The notes beneath the pieces are model-generated. The model was not told the origin of the DNA, ran no database searches, and saw only the letters and a list, made by a program, of their open reading frames with translations. Of a stretch of 64,000 nucleotides of DNA, positions 39,401 to 49,711 are shown piece by piece. Both the position numbers and the translations under genes were made by a program. Numbering within the stretch: the stretch's first letter is position 1; the number at the start of each line of letters is the position of its first letter. Source of the DNA: a virus; the IMG/VR virus record IMGVR_UViG_3300031576_000021, positions 1 to 64,000 of that record; one strand, 5' to 3'.

Positions 39401-40068
39401 AAATTCTCAATCGGTGGACCCAGGCCGTGCTACGCGAGAGTGCGGCTGATACGCTCCGTGACGCAGTGCTGGAGGCGGTGGCGTGCGGCGCGGACCTCGG
39501 CGACGCGGACCTCCGCGACGCGGACCTCGGCGGCGCGGACCTCCGCGGCGCGGACCTCGGCGGCGCGGACCTCGGCGGCGCGGACCTCGGCGGCGCGAAC
39601 CTCGGCGGCGCGGACCTCGGCGGCGCGGACCTCCGCGGCGCGAACCTCCGCGGCGCGAACCTCCGCGGCGCGGACCTCCGCGGCGCGGACCTCGGCGACG
39701 CGAACCTCCGCGGCGCGGACCTCGGCGACGCGAACCACTCCGCGCCGCTCCGCATGGCGCGGAACGATTTATGGGCCGTACTCGACGCGGCCCCGAACGA
39801 AGTGGCGGGGCTCCTCGCCGCGGTGGAGGAGGGGCGGGTCAATGGATCTACCTACGAAGGGGACTGCGCGTGCTTACTCGGGACGATCGGCAACGTTCGT
39901 GGCTGCCGCTACGATGTACTCGGCATTCTGCCGGACAGCAGCCGGCCCGCCGAACGCTGGTTCCTGTCGCTCACGCCCGGTCACACGCCAGAAATCTCGG
40001 TGTACGCTGCCCTTACGGCCGCATGGATCAAGGAATGGCGGCTGCGACACACGGAGAGTGCTGGATGA
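39397..40068 (+). CDS. Pentapeptide-repeat protein
   Basis: A(D/N)L(G/R)(G/D) repeats encoded by a 15-bp tandem array at about 39487-39735; C-terminal [19 protein letters not shown] domain. Confidence 0.9.
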   Translation: MKILNRWTQAVLRESAADTLRDAVLEAVACGADLGDADLRDADLGGADLRGADLGGADLGGADLGGANLGGADLGGADLRGANLRGANLRGADLRGADLGDANLRGADLGDANHSAPLRMARNDLWAVLDAAPNEVAGLLAAVEEGRVNGSTYEGDCACLLGTIGNVRGCRYDVLGILPDSSRPAERWFLSLTPGHTPEISVYAALTAAWIKEWRLRHTESAG

Positions 40069-40255
40069 TCATGACGACGTTGTCACAGACGGCGGTGGCT
40101 GCCGTCGGCGACCTCGACCTGACGACCCGCGATGTCGTCGAGGAGTTGATCGCCGACGCAGACGACGGAGGAGCGCTCCTCGCGGAGCTAGAGGATCTAC
40201 GCGGGCAGCTGGCGAAGTCGGTGGAAGCCCTCGACGTGCTGCTGCGGGAGTTCGC

Positions 40256-41233
40256 ATGACGCTCGCGACGTCCGTCGCGGCCCAACCGCGTCAAGAGCTG
40301 GCCGAGGCCGAACGGGGTGTGGCGATCATCGAGCTGCGCTCGATCGATGTCCAGGCGGAAGCGGCCTTCCTCAAAGAGTTGCAGGCATTCGTGCAGGTCG
40401 TCATGCGCGAGGGGACCGACTACGGCGTTATCCCGGGCACGAAGAAGAAGTCGCTGTGGAGTGCCGGGGCCGACAAGCTGATTCAGGTCTATCACATGGC
40501 GCCGAAGTACGAGGAGATGGCGTCAGCCGAGCGTTGGCCTGCCGGGACCGACAACGGCTTCATCATGTACCGCTTCCGCTGCGACCTCTACGATCTCCAG
40601 AGCGGCCTCTATCTCGGCACGGGGTTCGGCGCGTGCAATTCGATGGAGGAGAAATACCGCTGGCGACGCGGCTACCCGAAGTGTCCGAAGTGCAGCAAAC
40701 CAGCGATCGTTTGGTCGCAGCGTGACAGCAATTACTGGTGCCACTACGAGCAAGGCGGATGCCGGCGGTCGTTCGACAAGGACGATGGCGTGATCCTCGC
40801 GCAGCTACCCGTCTGGGATGAGAACGACGACGTTGCCGGGTTGCAGAACACGATCTACAAGATGTCGGCCAAGCGGGCGAAGGTGGCGGCGGTGCAGTCG
40901 CGGACCCGATCCAGCGGCCTCTTCGACGAGCGCGGCGACCACGGCGACGAGCCGCGTGGGCGTGGCGATCTCCGCGACGGCGACCCAGGTGTGGACGCTG
41001 GCGGCGACGAGGGGAAGCCGCCTCCCGAGGGGAGTGTTCCGTCCGATGGGGAGATGCTGAACGATGCCGAGCGCCAGGAAATCAACCGTGGCCTTGGAGC
41101 CGCGCGGCTCACATTGCGCCATCTGATCGACTTCCTCGGGCCTCATGGCGTCGAGAGCATCGGGAATGGTATCCCTCGGCGGCTCAAGCCGGCGATCGAG
41201 CAATGGATGCACGACCATACCGAGAAACGATGA
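40256..41233 (+). CDS. Putative ssDNA-annealing/recombination protein with Zn-ribbon insert
   Basis: DYGVIPGTKKKSLWSAGADKL and NTIYKMSAKRA motifs; CPKC...C insert; function is inferred. Confidence 0.55.
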   Translation: MTLATSVAAQPRQELAEAERGVAIIELRSIDVQAEAAFLKELQAFVQVVMREGTDYGVIPGTKKKSLWSAGADKLIQVYHMAPKYEEMASAERWPAGTDNGFIMYRFRCDLYDLQSGLYLGTGFGACNSMEEKYRWRRGYPKCPKCSKPAIVWSQRDSNYWCHYEQGGCRRSFDKDDGVILAQLPVWDENDDVAGLQNTIYKMSAKRAKVAAVQSRTRSSGLFDERGDHGDEPRGRGDLRDGDPGVDAGGDEGKPPPEGSVPSDGEMLNDAERQEINRGLGAARLTLRHLIDFLGPHGVESIGNGIPRRLKPAIEQWMHDHTEKR

Positions 41234-41292
41234 CGTGCCGGCGTCGGCACGGCCGGGGGCTTCCGCTTACACCCGCCCCACCGCGAACCGGA

Positions 41293-41322
41293 GGCGGGCT
41301 GGCGACGGATCGCTAGCCCGCC
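41293..41322. other. 13-bp intergenic hairpin
   Basis: ggcgggctggcga-cgga-tcgctagcccgcc just upstream of the next RBS. Confidence 0.55.
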
Positions 41323-41334
41323 CCTGGGGATGAC

Positions 41335-41850
41335 ATGACAGACGAGCGACGACGACAGTATCAAGCCGCCTACTATCAGCGGACGAAGACGAAGCGCCGG
41401 GCGGCATGGCTCCATCGCTACCAGACGGACCCCACGTTTCGGAAGCGGCACCAGAAGTCCGCGCGGCTGCATAGCCGGCTCGTGACGTCGTTGCGGAAGC
41501 TGGAGCCCAAGCCGGAACGCCCGACCGGCCGAACGCGGGCCTTGCCGCGTGTGGTCACGATCGACGGACGGCAAGTGCGGGTCTACACGGTGGGCGACAT
41601 CGCCGTACTCGTGAACCGCGGCGTGAAGGCGGTCCGGTTCTGGGTGACGCAGGGTTCGTTACCCGCGCCAGCTTACCGGGACAAGGGCCGCGGCTGGTTT
41701 CTGTTTAGCGAGGCGCAGCGGGGCGTGATCGAGCGGGCGGCAACCGAGAGTGGAATCGGCGCGCTGCGCGGGGCCAACCCGTTCGCGCCGGAGACCCGTT
41801 CGGCGCTCGCGCAGTTCTTCGCGCTCGCACGCAAGCGGTGGCCAGCATGA
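41335..41850 (+). CDS. MerR-like HTH DNA-binding protein
   Basis: YTVGDIAVLVNRGVKAVRFWVTQGSLPAP. Confidence 0.65.
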   Translation: MTDERRRQYQAAYYQRTKTKRRAAWLHRYQTDPTFRKRHQKSARLHSRLVTSLRKLEPKPERPTGRTRALPRVVTIDGRQVRVYTVGDIAVLVNRGVKAVRFWVTQGSLPAPAYRDKGRGWFLFSEAQRGVIERAATESGIGALRGANPFAPETRSALAQFFALARKRWPA

Positions 41851-42162
41851 GCGCGCGTCGCCGCCGTATCGGTAGCCGGCCGTATCACATGGCCGACAAG
41901 ATCAGCGAGGACGGCCGCGTGTCGGCAGTCTGCTTCACGTCGCGCCGGGCAATCAACCTGAAGCTCGCCTATTGGACGAATCGGTGGGAAGCGGTGACGT
42001 GCAAGAAATGCCTGGCGCTGCGCCCTAGGGAGGGAACCATATGACGCTACTCGTGGCCTGTATTATTTCCGCTGGATTCACCATCCCGATCGGCTGGCGC
42101 TTCGTGCGGGTGGATGTCAGCCCCGCAGATCGTGGGAGGCTCGAAGCGGCAAGGGGGAGTGA

Positions 42163-42546
42163 ATGGCCGAACCAGAGATCGTGACTATCCGTGGGTTGGT
42201 GATGCCGGAGATCCTCGATCTCGGGGAGCAGCTGATTACCGTCCGAGCGTTGCCGACCAACGTGGCCCGCGCGACGGTGGGGATCGACTACACGTTGACC
42301 GTGAAGACGGGCGCCAGCGAAGACGTGGCCGGTGGGGTGCAGTTCATGAAGGTGAGCCACTCGCTACACGTCCAGTGCTTGCCCGAGGAGGAGCCGCTCG
42401 TACGGAAGGCCGCCTCGGAGTACCTCGCGCGGGTGTGTGCGGCCGAGCGCGACGCGATCGTGGCCGAGTACGGGCTCCCGGCACCGGGACGACCAATAGC
42501 GGAACGGTCGCCGGAGACCGATGGCGCGCAAGCCAAAGTCGGCTAA
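42163..42546 (+). CDS. Hypothetical protein
   Basis: GGGGAG RBS; codon bias. Confidence 0.55.
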   Translation: MAEPEIVTIRGLVMPEILDLGEQLITVRALPTNVARATVGIDYTLTVKTGASEDVAGGVQFMKVSHSLHVQCLPEEEPLVRKAASEYLARVCAAERDAIVAEYGLPAPGRPIAERSPETDGAQAKVG

Positions 42547-43720
42547 GGCGAAAGCCGAGAAAGCGCCCAAGGCGCCCAAAGCGAAGAAGCCGAAGAAGGT
42601 TGCTGCCGTCGCGGGCGAGACGATCGCCGACGTGGTCGTTGATCTGGAAGAGAAGCACGGGCCGAATCTCTTGATCCCGGCGTCGAAGATCGGGTCGCTG
42701 CGTCGGCATCCGACGGGCATCTTCGCACTCGACCTGGCGCTCGCGGGTGGATTCGCACAGGGGCGGTACTCGCTGATCTGGGGTCGGAAGGGCGGCGGCA
42801 AGACGACGTTGCTGCTCAAGCTGGTTGCCGAGTATCAGCGACGCTGCGGACTCTGTCTCCGAATAGACGAACGATGCGCTTGCAAGGGCGGCCCGCGCAA
42901 GCCGCGGATCTGGTGGGGCGACATCGAACGGGCCTGGGATAGTGACTGGGCGGTGGCGTGCGGCGTTCAGCTGATCCATCCCGACGGCGACGACTGGGTG
43001 CACATCACCCGACCCGACTACGCCGAGCAGGCAATCGATATCGCCCATGCGGTCATGCGCGTGCCCGAGGTGGGGATCGGCGTCATCGATTCGCTGGCGC
43101 AGATGAATCCGACGGCCGAGGTCGAAGAGTCGGCCATGCAGCAGTTCCAGGCGTTGAAGGCACGCACGATCAGCCGGCTCTTGACGAAGGTGTCGTCGGC
43201 GCTGAACCAACGCGGGCGGACGTGCGAGATTGCGCCATCGTTCTTCTGTATCAATCAGATGCGTGAGAAGCTGAGTGCGGGCCGGACCATCGAGATCCGG
43301 CCGGGGGGCCACTACCAAACCTTCGCCGCAAGCACGGTGCTACGCATCCGGCCACGGGTCGGCGAGCAGACGGCGGCCTACGAATGGGAGACCGAGAAGC
43401 CGAAGGAGCTGACGGCGCCGTCGCGGGTCGTGACGGCGTTCCTGGTCGAGGAGTCGAAGGTGTCACCGCCACGGATTCACGGCGAGTACGCCATGTTTCT
43501 GCGTGGGGAGCGGCAGGGACAGACCGACGATCTTGGGACCGTGATCGAGCAAGCCTACCGCTATGGGCTGATCCCGCGGGACGGCACGAAAATCCCGCTC
43601 CATGACCAAACGTTCGGCACGCGGGAGGAATTGTCCGCGCACTGGTTGCAGAATCCGGCAGACTTCGCTACAGCCCGCGAGCAGGTGATCGCCCTCGCCA
43701 ATGGGCCGGCACGAGTATGA
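42521..43720 (+). CDS. recA: RecA/UvsX-like recombinase
   Basis: TGIFALDLALAGG, GRKGGGKTT, VIDSLA, INQMREK, PGG. Confidence 0.88.
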   Translation: MARKPKSAKAKAEKAPKAPKAKKPKKVAAVAGETIADVVVDLEEKHGPNLLIPASKIGSLRRHPTGIFALDLALAGGFAQGRYSLIWGRKGGGKTTLLLKLVAEYQRRCGLCLRIDERCACKGGPRKPRIWWGDIERAWDSDWAVACGVQLIHPDGDDWVHITRPDYAEQAIDIAHAVMRVPEVGIGVIDSLAQMNPTAEVEESAMQQFQALKARTISRLLTKVSSALNQRGRTCEIAPSFFCINQMREKLSAGRTIEIRPGGHYQTFAASTVLRIRPRVGEQTAAYEWETEKPKELTAPSRVVTAFLVEESKVSPPRIHGEYAMFLRGERQGQTDDLGTVIEQAYRYGLIPRDGTKIPLHDQTFGTREELSAHWLQNPADFATAREQVIALANGPARV

Positions 43721-44035
43721 GGGCGAAGTGAGGGACGGGCGTGCGATGGAAGGTGGGCGAACGGGCGAGCATCCCGCGACGCATGACGCGGGAAGGGCGG
43801 CAGTGGCGCGACTGCCTACTCACGCTGGTCCGGGCGTATCAGGAATGGGACGGTACGCCGACGACGGAGCCGTCGGTCGAGATCGATCCGGGCAGTACCA
43901 GCGCCGAGATCGTCCGCAAGCGGCTGCAACGCTTCGTCGACTACCATCCCGACGTGCTGCGCGGCTGGAAGATTCGCACGGCGAATCGGGCTCGTGGAAA
44001 CGGGCAGTACCTGTTCGTCTGGCTGCGGAGGGCTC

Positions 44036-44491
44036 GTGGTAGCGGCGTCAAAGATCAGCCGGAGGCACGAGGAGCGGGTCGCTCGTGAGGTTGGGGGTCG
44101 CCGGCAGCCGGGGAGTGGCAACCGCTCCGGGTTCGAGGGCGACATCCGGACCGAGCGGTGGCTGATCGAGCACAAGTACACGACAACGGCGAGCTTTCGA
44201 GTGACTCCCGCCCTGCTCGCGAAGATCGAAGGCGAGGCGAGCCTGCGGTACCCGCCGCTCCAGCCGGCCGTCATCGTCGCCTATGTGCGCCGCGCGGCGC
44301 CCATCTATCCGATCGCCCGGTGGTGGCTCTGTCGAGCGTGTGACGTTGCGGACCCTCCATCGAGGGTGGTGGAAGTCATTGAAGGATGGGTAGTCACGCT
44401 CAGCGGCCTGTTGGAGTTACGGCGGGCGGGGCGCATGGTGGTTCTTCCCGACCAGCGGTGGGTGGCCATGCCCTTCGAGATGACATGCTAG
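44036..44491 (+). CDS. Holliday-junction resolvase-like PD-(D/E)XK nuclease
   Basis: HEERVAREVGGRRQPGSG...GDI...LIEHKYT; start uncertain. Confidence 0.75.
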   Translation: MVAASKISRRHEERVAREVGGRRQPGSGNRSGFEGDIRTERWLIEHKYTTTASFRVTPALLAKIEGEASLRYPPLQPAVIVAYVRRAAPIYPIARWWLCRACDVADPPSRVVEVIEGWVVTLSGLLELRRAGRMVVLPDQRWVAMPFEMTC

Positions 44492-45309
44492 CCAGCGCGC
44501 TCAGTCGTCGCGGCCAGATGCCCGGCCGCGCCAGCCAAGAGCGGCTCCGCGCGGCGCCGCGTATCCGCAGCGTCGGCAGCGGCGCGCTGTCCGAGGCGTT
44601 GACCAAGGCCCTCATCCTAGAGGAGCCGGACCGGATCGCCTCGAAGCGGATGCACGCGAGCATGCTCGCGGACCTGTGCACGCGCGAGCGAGTGCTGGTG
44701 AAGCAGCACGACGTGCATCCGACCAAGGTCTACCCGGCGTCACTGCGGGTGCGCTTCGATCTTGGGACGTTCGCCCATGACGTGGTCCGCAACAGCTATC
44801 TCGCGGACCAGCTGTGGGGCGACTGGCGCTGTCTCGCCTGTGGCTGGATGGCCGAAGGCTATCGACCCAGCGCGGAGCATGGCGATCACCGCTGTACGAG
44901 CGACGTCTGGCGGTACATCGAACGCGAGGTCGAGCGCGATGGCGTGGTCGGGCATCTCGACGCCATGGAGCACGATCGCCTGCTCGGACCCGGCGTGACC
45001 GAGATCAAGACCATGGAGAGCGCCCGATTCCAGCACGGCGCGTTGCCGCTGAAGGAGCACACGATCGTGCTGCAAGTGTATCTCTGGCTGACCGGCTTCC
45101 GTTGGGGGCGGCTCCTCTACGTGAGCACGGGAATCGAGAAGGTCTCGCCGTTTAAGGACTACGTGTTCCGGTACGATTTGCGCACCGCGCGGCGCATCGC
45201 GCAGATCGCGGCCGAGGAGTCTGCTGGCGGGAAGCGGGCGTGTCGGACCGCAACCGACGCGCGGGCGCTTGCCTGTCCCGTACGGCGGCCATGCTGGGAG
45301 GGGTCATGA
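44485..45309 (+). CDS. Cas4-like exonuclease
   Basis: HAS...C, GTFAH, GHLD, EIKT, QVYLW and three C-terminal Cys. Confidence 0.8.
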   Translation: MLASALSRRGQMPGRASQERLRAAPRIRSVGSGALSEALTKALILEEPDRIASKRMHASMLADLCTRERVLVKQHDVHPTKVYPASLRVRFDLGTFAHDVVRNSYLADQLWGDWRCLACGWMAEGYRPSAEHGDHRCTSDVWRYIEREVERDGVVGHLDAMEHDRLLGPGVTEIKTMESARFQHGALPLKEHTIVLQVYLWLTGFRWGRLLYVSTGIEKVSPFKDYVFRYDLRTARRIAQIAAEESAGGKRACRTATDARALACPVRRPCWEGS

Positions 45310-45869
45310 GGCGAGTAGCTACCCGGGTGGCACGACCGGAACCTGGGATGGGCGTCGGGATCGACCTCTCGTTTGCGCGTAGCGCGATAGCATGGCGCCG
45401 CGATGGAAAGGTCGAATGCCCAGTCTTCCTGACGCAGGTCAGCGACTGTGCATCGGAGCGCGAGAAAGCGGAGCGACTCTACGAGATCACGTCGTGGGTG
45501 ACGCGCACGGTGCGTGAGATCAATCCGGCGTGGATCGCGCTGGAAAACTACGCCTACGCGGGCCCGAAGCTGGTGCCGCTCGCGGAGTTGGGTGGTGCGG
45601 TGAAGCACGAGTTGCTCCGTATCCTCGGCATGGCGGTGATTCCTGTGCCGGTCACGACGGCGCGTCTGCTCGTCTTCGGCAAAGGGAACCTGAAGAAACC
45701 GGACGTCGTAAGGCTGGCACGCGATGCCGAGCCACGACTGCGCCAGGGTGGCGACGACGAGTGCGACGCCTGGGTGGTGCTCCGCGCCGTTGAGCGTGCC
45801 TACGAAATCACCACGGCACAGGAGCCCGAGAAGCGGCTGTACGCAAGCGCCGTACGGCTCCTTGGATGA
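45306..45869 (+). CDS. RuvC-like resolvase
   Basis: GIDLS, ALENY, LAELGG, GKGNLKK, DDECDA. Confidence 0.85.
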   Translation: MRRVATRVARPEPGMGVGIDLSFARSAIAWRRDGKVECPVFLTQVSDCASEREKAERLYEITSWVTRTVREINPAWIALENYAYAGPKLVPLAELGGAVKHELLRILGMAVIPVPVTTARLLVFGKGNLKKPDVVRLARDAEPRLRQGGDDECDAWVVLRAVERAYEITTAQEPEKRLYASAVRLLG

Positions 45870-46147
45870 GGGGACGGATCAACGTGCTCGTGCTAAGCGG
45901 TACGGTTGGCGACGGACCTTTTCAAAGCGAGATCCCCGACGAGACCGTGTTCCGCATGGATCAGGCCACCGACGCGCCCGCCGACCCGATCTTGAGCCTC
46001 TCAATCGTTGGGCGTGGTCCCCAAGCCGCGTACGCGCAGGAGCGGCTCAAGCGTGGCTCGCAGGTCGTGGTGCAGGGGCAGTTGATTCCATGGTATGGCG
46101 GGACGGTCGCGGTCGTAGCAGAGCGCATCAAGCTCGTAACCGGCTGA
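45866..46147 (+). CDS. SSB-like OB-fold protein (short, no acidic tail)
   Basis: INVLVLSGTVG...LKRGSQVVVQGQL...VVAERI. Confidence 0.6.
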   Translation: MRGRINVLVLSGTVGDGPFQSEIPDETVFRMDQATDAPADPILSLSIVGRGPQAAYAQERLKRGSQVVVQGQLIPWYGGTVAVVAERIKLVTG

Positions 46148-46167
46148 CAAGCCGATAGGGGGGTGGC

Positions 46168-46917
46168 ATGGGCTCAGACATCGGGACGCGGTTCGGCAAG
46201 CAGATTCAGCTGGCGCTGGAGTTCTGCTCGGGGGAGAAGACGCCGAAGACGGCACGCGCCGAGATCGTCAGGCTGGTGCAAGGGCTGCGGGATGCCGGAG
46301 AGTGCTCGCGCTACTTGCAAGGCGGGATCTTCGGGCGGGTCCGCGACGGCAAGTTGTGGCTCGGCCGGGACAACGAAGATCAGACATTCGGCGAGTGGGT
46401 CGAGGAGCAGTTCGGCATCCAGCGCAAGACGGCGGCACATTACATCGTGATGTACGAGCGTGCTACGCTGCTCGGGCTGGGACCCGACAAGATCGACACG
46501 CTGGGATGGACGAAGGCCCGCGCCGTCCTGCGCATCGCCACTCGCGAGAGCCTGGATGCGTGGCTGGACCGTGCCGAGAAGAAGACACAGAAAGAGCTGG
46601 AGCACGAGGTGTCCGACGCGCGAAAGTCTCGGCGCGCGACCCCATCAGATGACGCGCCCGCACGGCTCGATGTGCTGAAGTTCATGGTCACGGCCGATGA
46701 GCGTCAGAATATCGAAGGATGCGTCGAGACGGCGTGCGACACGCTGCGGGCCGGACAATCTGGTATCGTCTTCGCTCGTGGCACAGCGCTGAACGCGATT
46801 TGCAGCGAATGGACATTGAGTCGCATGGACGCGGAGCGAAGTCTCCAGTGGTTCGTCGAGCAAGTCGAGCGACGGTTCGGGGTCGAGATCACGGTGCGTG
46901 AGCGGAAGACGGGGTGA
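46168..46917 (+). CDS. Hypothetical DNA-binding protein
   Basis: TFGEWVEEQFGIQRKTAAHYI...LGWTKAR phage motif. Confidence 0.6.
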   Translation: MGSDIGTRFGKQIQLALEFCSGEKTPKTARAEIVRLVQGLRDAGECSRYLQGGIFGRVRDGKLWLGRDNEDQTFGEWVEEQFGIQRKTAAHYIVMYERATLLGLGPDKIDTLGWTKARAVLRIATRESLDAWLDRAEKKTQKELEHEVSDARKSRRATPSDDAPARLDVLKFMVTADERQNIEGCVETACDTLRAGQSGIVFARGTALNAICSEWTLSRMDAERSLQWFVEQVERRFGVEITVRERKTG

Positions 46918-46920
46918 TGC

Positions 46921-47406
46921 ATGCCGGTAGGCGACTGGAAGATTGATGTGGAGCTAGTGCTCGACCGACTGACGATCGAGCGCATCCGGACGCATCGGCA
47001 GACGGCCGTGATCGTCGACGAGAGTGTCGAGATCGCGGCCGAGACGTACGTGCGATTCATCGAATCACGCGACATGGATGCGGCCACTATCGAGTGCGCC
47101 GTGGCCTATGTGCAGCCGATCCCTGGCGTCGGCAAGATGGCGTGCGTCGCGACGAAGCATCACAAGATCCTCATGCCGTGGGAGTGCCAGTTCCTGTACG
47201 TGATCTGGGGGGCCCCGGGCCAGGCGGACCCGAGCCAGATCAACGGCTCGCACGAGCCGACCGTCGGGCAGCTTGCCGCACTCGCGTTTGGCCTTGAAGC
47301 CAAAGCGCGGTTTGAGCGGACGCACGATCTCGCCAAGGCCCTGCAACAGGGCCAGCACGTCGTCGGCGCGACACGTGTCCCGCCTGGGAACGGCCGGAGG
47401 CAGTGA
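46921..47406 (+). CDS. Hypothetical protein
   Basis: Tight packing with neighbours; codon bias. Confidence 0.55.
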   Translation: MPVGDWKIDVELVLDRLTIERIRTHRQTAVIVDESVEIAAETYVRFIESRDMDAATIECAVAYVQPIPGVGKMACVATKHHKILMPWECQFLYVIWGAPGQADPSQINGSHEPTVGQLAALAFGLEAKARFERTHDLAKALQQGQHVVGATRVPPGNGRRQ

Positions 47407-47566
47407 CGATGATCACGCCGCCGCCCGTGCGTCGGATTCGCCCCAGGCCGATGGCACGTCTGGTGGCCAGAGAGGAGCCAATAAGCAGGCTTCAGCCCGA
47501 TCGGTCTTCGACATGCCGTGCGATATCAACGCGGCAGCTACGCAAGGTGATGGAGATTCCGCGGCA

Positions 47567-48805
47567 ATGACGACGACATGGCAGAGTCGAATTGTCGAGC
47601 ACGGCGAGGTCGATCCGCGTCTGCTCATTCCGCATCCGAAGAACTGGAAGATTCACCCAGCGTTCCAGCGGGCGGTCATGGGCGATGCGCTTAGTGAAGT
47701 AGGGTGGTTGCAAACGGTTGTGGTGAATCGCCCGACGGGAAACATCATCGATGGGCACATGCGCGTGCAGCTCGCGATCGAAGGTGGAGAGCCAACAATC
47801 CCTGTCACCTACGTGGACCTGTCCGCACATGACGAAGCCAAGGCCCTGGCGCTCTTCGATCCAGTCGGCGCGCTCGCTCGCGAACACAACCCGATCATGG
47901 AGGAACTGATCAGGCAGGTGGATACGGATAGCATCAACATTCGGCGGATGCTCGATGCGTATGGACAACCAGCCCTGAAGGCGGGACAGACAGACCCCGA
48001 TGATGTCCCAACGGCCACCCGGCGCATCGTGCAGCCCGGGGACGTGTGGCAACTTGGCGAGCACCTCCTCTTGTGTGGGTCGTGTGAACAGTTGGGCTCC
48101 GTCGTCCCACCCGAGACTGCCACGCTTCTCGTGACCGATCCTCCCTATGGCGTGTCATATGGCGACAAGAATGCGTTCTTGAATGCGATTGCCCCGGGCA
48201 ATCGCATTCAAGAGCCCATCGAAGGAGACCATCAGACACCTGATGAGATGAGTGTGCTCTGGCGTGCCACGTTCGGCGCCATTCGCTGTCTGCTGGCACC
48301 TGGGGCGGCCTATTATGTCACGGGTCCGCAGGGCGGCGATCTCCTCCTCCTCCTCCTCCTCCTCCTCCTCCTCGCACTTCGCGACTCCGGCTTTCCGCTG
48401 CGGCATATGCTGGTGTGGGTCAAGAACGGGCATGTCTTGGGTCGTAGCGACTACCACTACCAGCATGAGCCGATTCTCTACGGATGGGTCGACGGAGGGG
48501 CGCATCACGCAGTCGCGGATCGTTCAGAGACGTCCACATGGTTCATTCCCAAACCGCAGGTCTCCGAGCTTCACCCGACGATGAAGCCCGTGGCCTTGTG
48601 GGCACGGGCCATCCAGAATAGCAGCGATGAGGGTGGGACGATCGTTGATCCGTTTCTCGGGAGCGGCACGGCCTTCATTGCGGCTGAGCAAACTCACCGA
48701 CGATGTGTCGGTGCCGAGATCAGTCCGGTGTACTGCGATGTGAGCATTCAGCGCTGGCAGTCATTCACCGGCCAGGTGGCGACGAGGGTAGCCCATGGCG
48801 GATGA
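47567..48805 (+). CDS. ParB-like N-domain fused to N6A/N4C DNA methyltransferase
   Basis: PHPKNWKIH...IIDGHMR; TDPPY, HPTMKPV, DPFLGSGT. Confidence 0.92.
   Translation: MTTTWQSRIVEHGEVDPRLLIPHPKNWKIHPAFQRAVMGDALSEVGWLQTVVVNRPTGNIIDGHMRVQLAIEGGEPTIPVTYVDLSAHDEAKALALFDPVGALAREHNPIMEELIRQVDTDSINIRRMLDAYGQPALKAGQTDPDDVPTATRRIVQPGDVWQLGEHLLLCGSCEQLGSVVPPETATLLVTDPPYGVSYGDKNAFLNAIAPGNRIQEPIEGDHQTPDEMSVLWRATFGAIRCLLAPGAAYYVTGPQGGDLLLLLLLLLLLALRDSGFPLRHMLVWVKNGHVLGRSDYHYQHEPILYGWVDGGAHHAVADRSETSTWFIPKPQVSELHPTMKPVALWARAIQNSSDEGGTIVDPFLGSGTAFIAAEQTHRRCVGAEISPVYCDVSIQRWQSFTGQVATRVAHGG
48341..48373 (+). repeat. (CTC)11 microsatellite encoding poly-Leu
   Basis: 33-nt perfect triplet run inside the methyltransferase. 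Confidence 0.95.
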
Positions 48806-49376
48806 TGCAGTCCGTGCAATCCCCCGCATCCTGCCGCTCGACTGGGACCCGCAGCGTCGACCAGAGGGTGGCGGACGGCCCCCGCGTCTGACAGAGGGGG
48901 TAGCGCAGGCCCTCTACAAAGGGCTTGTCTTCGGCTTGCCGCATCCCATTGCCGCAAGTCAGGCGCACATCCATCCCGACACATTCCAGACCTGGCTGCG
49001 ACGTGGGCGAATCGAGCAGGCTGATCCCACAAGCGCCTATGGCTGTTTCTATCTCGCAATGCAGCAAGCGAAGCGCGAGTGCGAAGCGGAACTCATCGGA
49101 CGTATTCGCGTGGCCGGCATCCGGCATTGGACGGCGAACGCCTGGCTATTGGAGCGGAAATGGCCGGAGCGCTGGGGCCGGCACTTCCGTGTCGAGGCGG
49201 ATCGTGGGGGCATCACCGTGGGGCAGGTCGCTCCGCTGGGCGAGCAAGTGCGAGCGTTGCGCAAGGAGCGCGGGCAGTTCCTTTCGGTCGTCGAGCGGGC
49301 GATGGCGTTGCTGACGGACCAGCGGGCGGACGTGACGGCAGAAGGGGAGTTGACACAAGAGACGGTAACGGGGTAA
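48795..49376 (+). CDS. Terminase small subunit-like protein
   Basis: HTH (IHPDTFQTWL) plus WTANAWLLERKWPERWG; follows the ParB-MTase as is common. Confidence 0.65.
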   Translation: MADDAVRAIPRILPLDWDPQRRPEGGGRPPRLTEGVAQALYKGLVFGLPHPIAASQAHIHPDTFQTWLRRGRIEQADPTSAYGCFYLAMQQAKRECEAELIGRIRVAGIRHWTANAWLLERKWPERWGRHFRVEADRGGITVGQVAPLGEQVRALRKERGQFLSVVERAMALLTDQRADVTAEGELTQETVTG

Positions 49377-49379
49377 AGT
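49350..49379 (+). promoter_or_regulatory. TTGACACAA-class promoter
   Basis: TTGACA-18-TAAAGT. Confidence 0.6.
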
Positions 49380-49396
49380 ATGGCCCTGGGGGCGTG

Positions 49397-49711
49397 ATGG
49401 CGAGTCGATGTCAGTATTGCCGCGGCGAGATCATCTTCGCGCGGACGAAAGCAGGGAAGGCGCTACCGATCGACCTCCATCCGTTGCCACGCGAAGCCGT
49501 CCCGCCCGCATACCGTTGGCAGATCGAGGTCCGCGGGCATGTGCGACGCGATCCCACCGGCACGCGGCCGACGGTCCTCGTGTCGCACTTCACGGTGTGT
49601 CCCGTGCGCCTGAAGCCGGAGACGCTGGCGCGTCTGTTGAGTGGCCGATGCTTGCCGAGCGGGCGAAGCGCCACGGAGGGACGGCATGGCACTGAGAACG
49701 CCCGAGCGTGA
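49397..49711 (+). CDS. Small Zn-finger protein
   Basis: CQYCRGEIIF...GKALPID...SHFTVCP. Confidence 0.65.
   Translation: MASRCQYCRGEIIFARTKAGKALPIDLHPLPREAVPPAYRWQIEVRGHVRRDPTGTRPTVLVSHFTVCPVRLKPETLARLLSGRCLPSGRSATEGRHGTENARA

Noticed and set aside
39487-39735. 15-bp tandem array as a possible CRISPR or regulatory repeat
   Set aside because: No unique spacers; it encodes in-frame pentapeptide repeats
44485-45309. Cas4-like gene as evidence of CRISPR-Cas
   Set aside because: No array or other cas genes; solo Cas4-like nucleases are common in phage recombination modules
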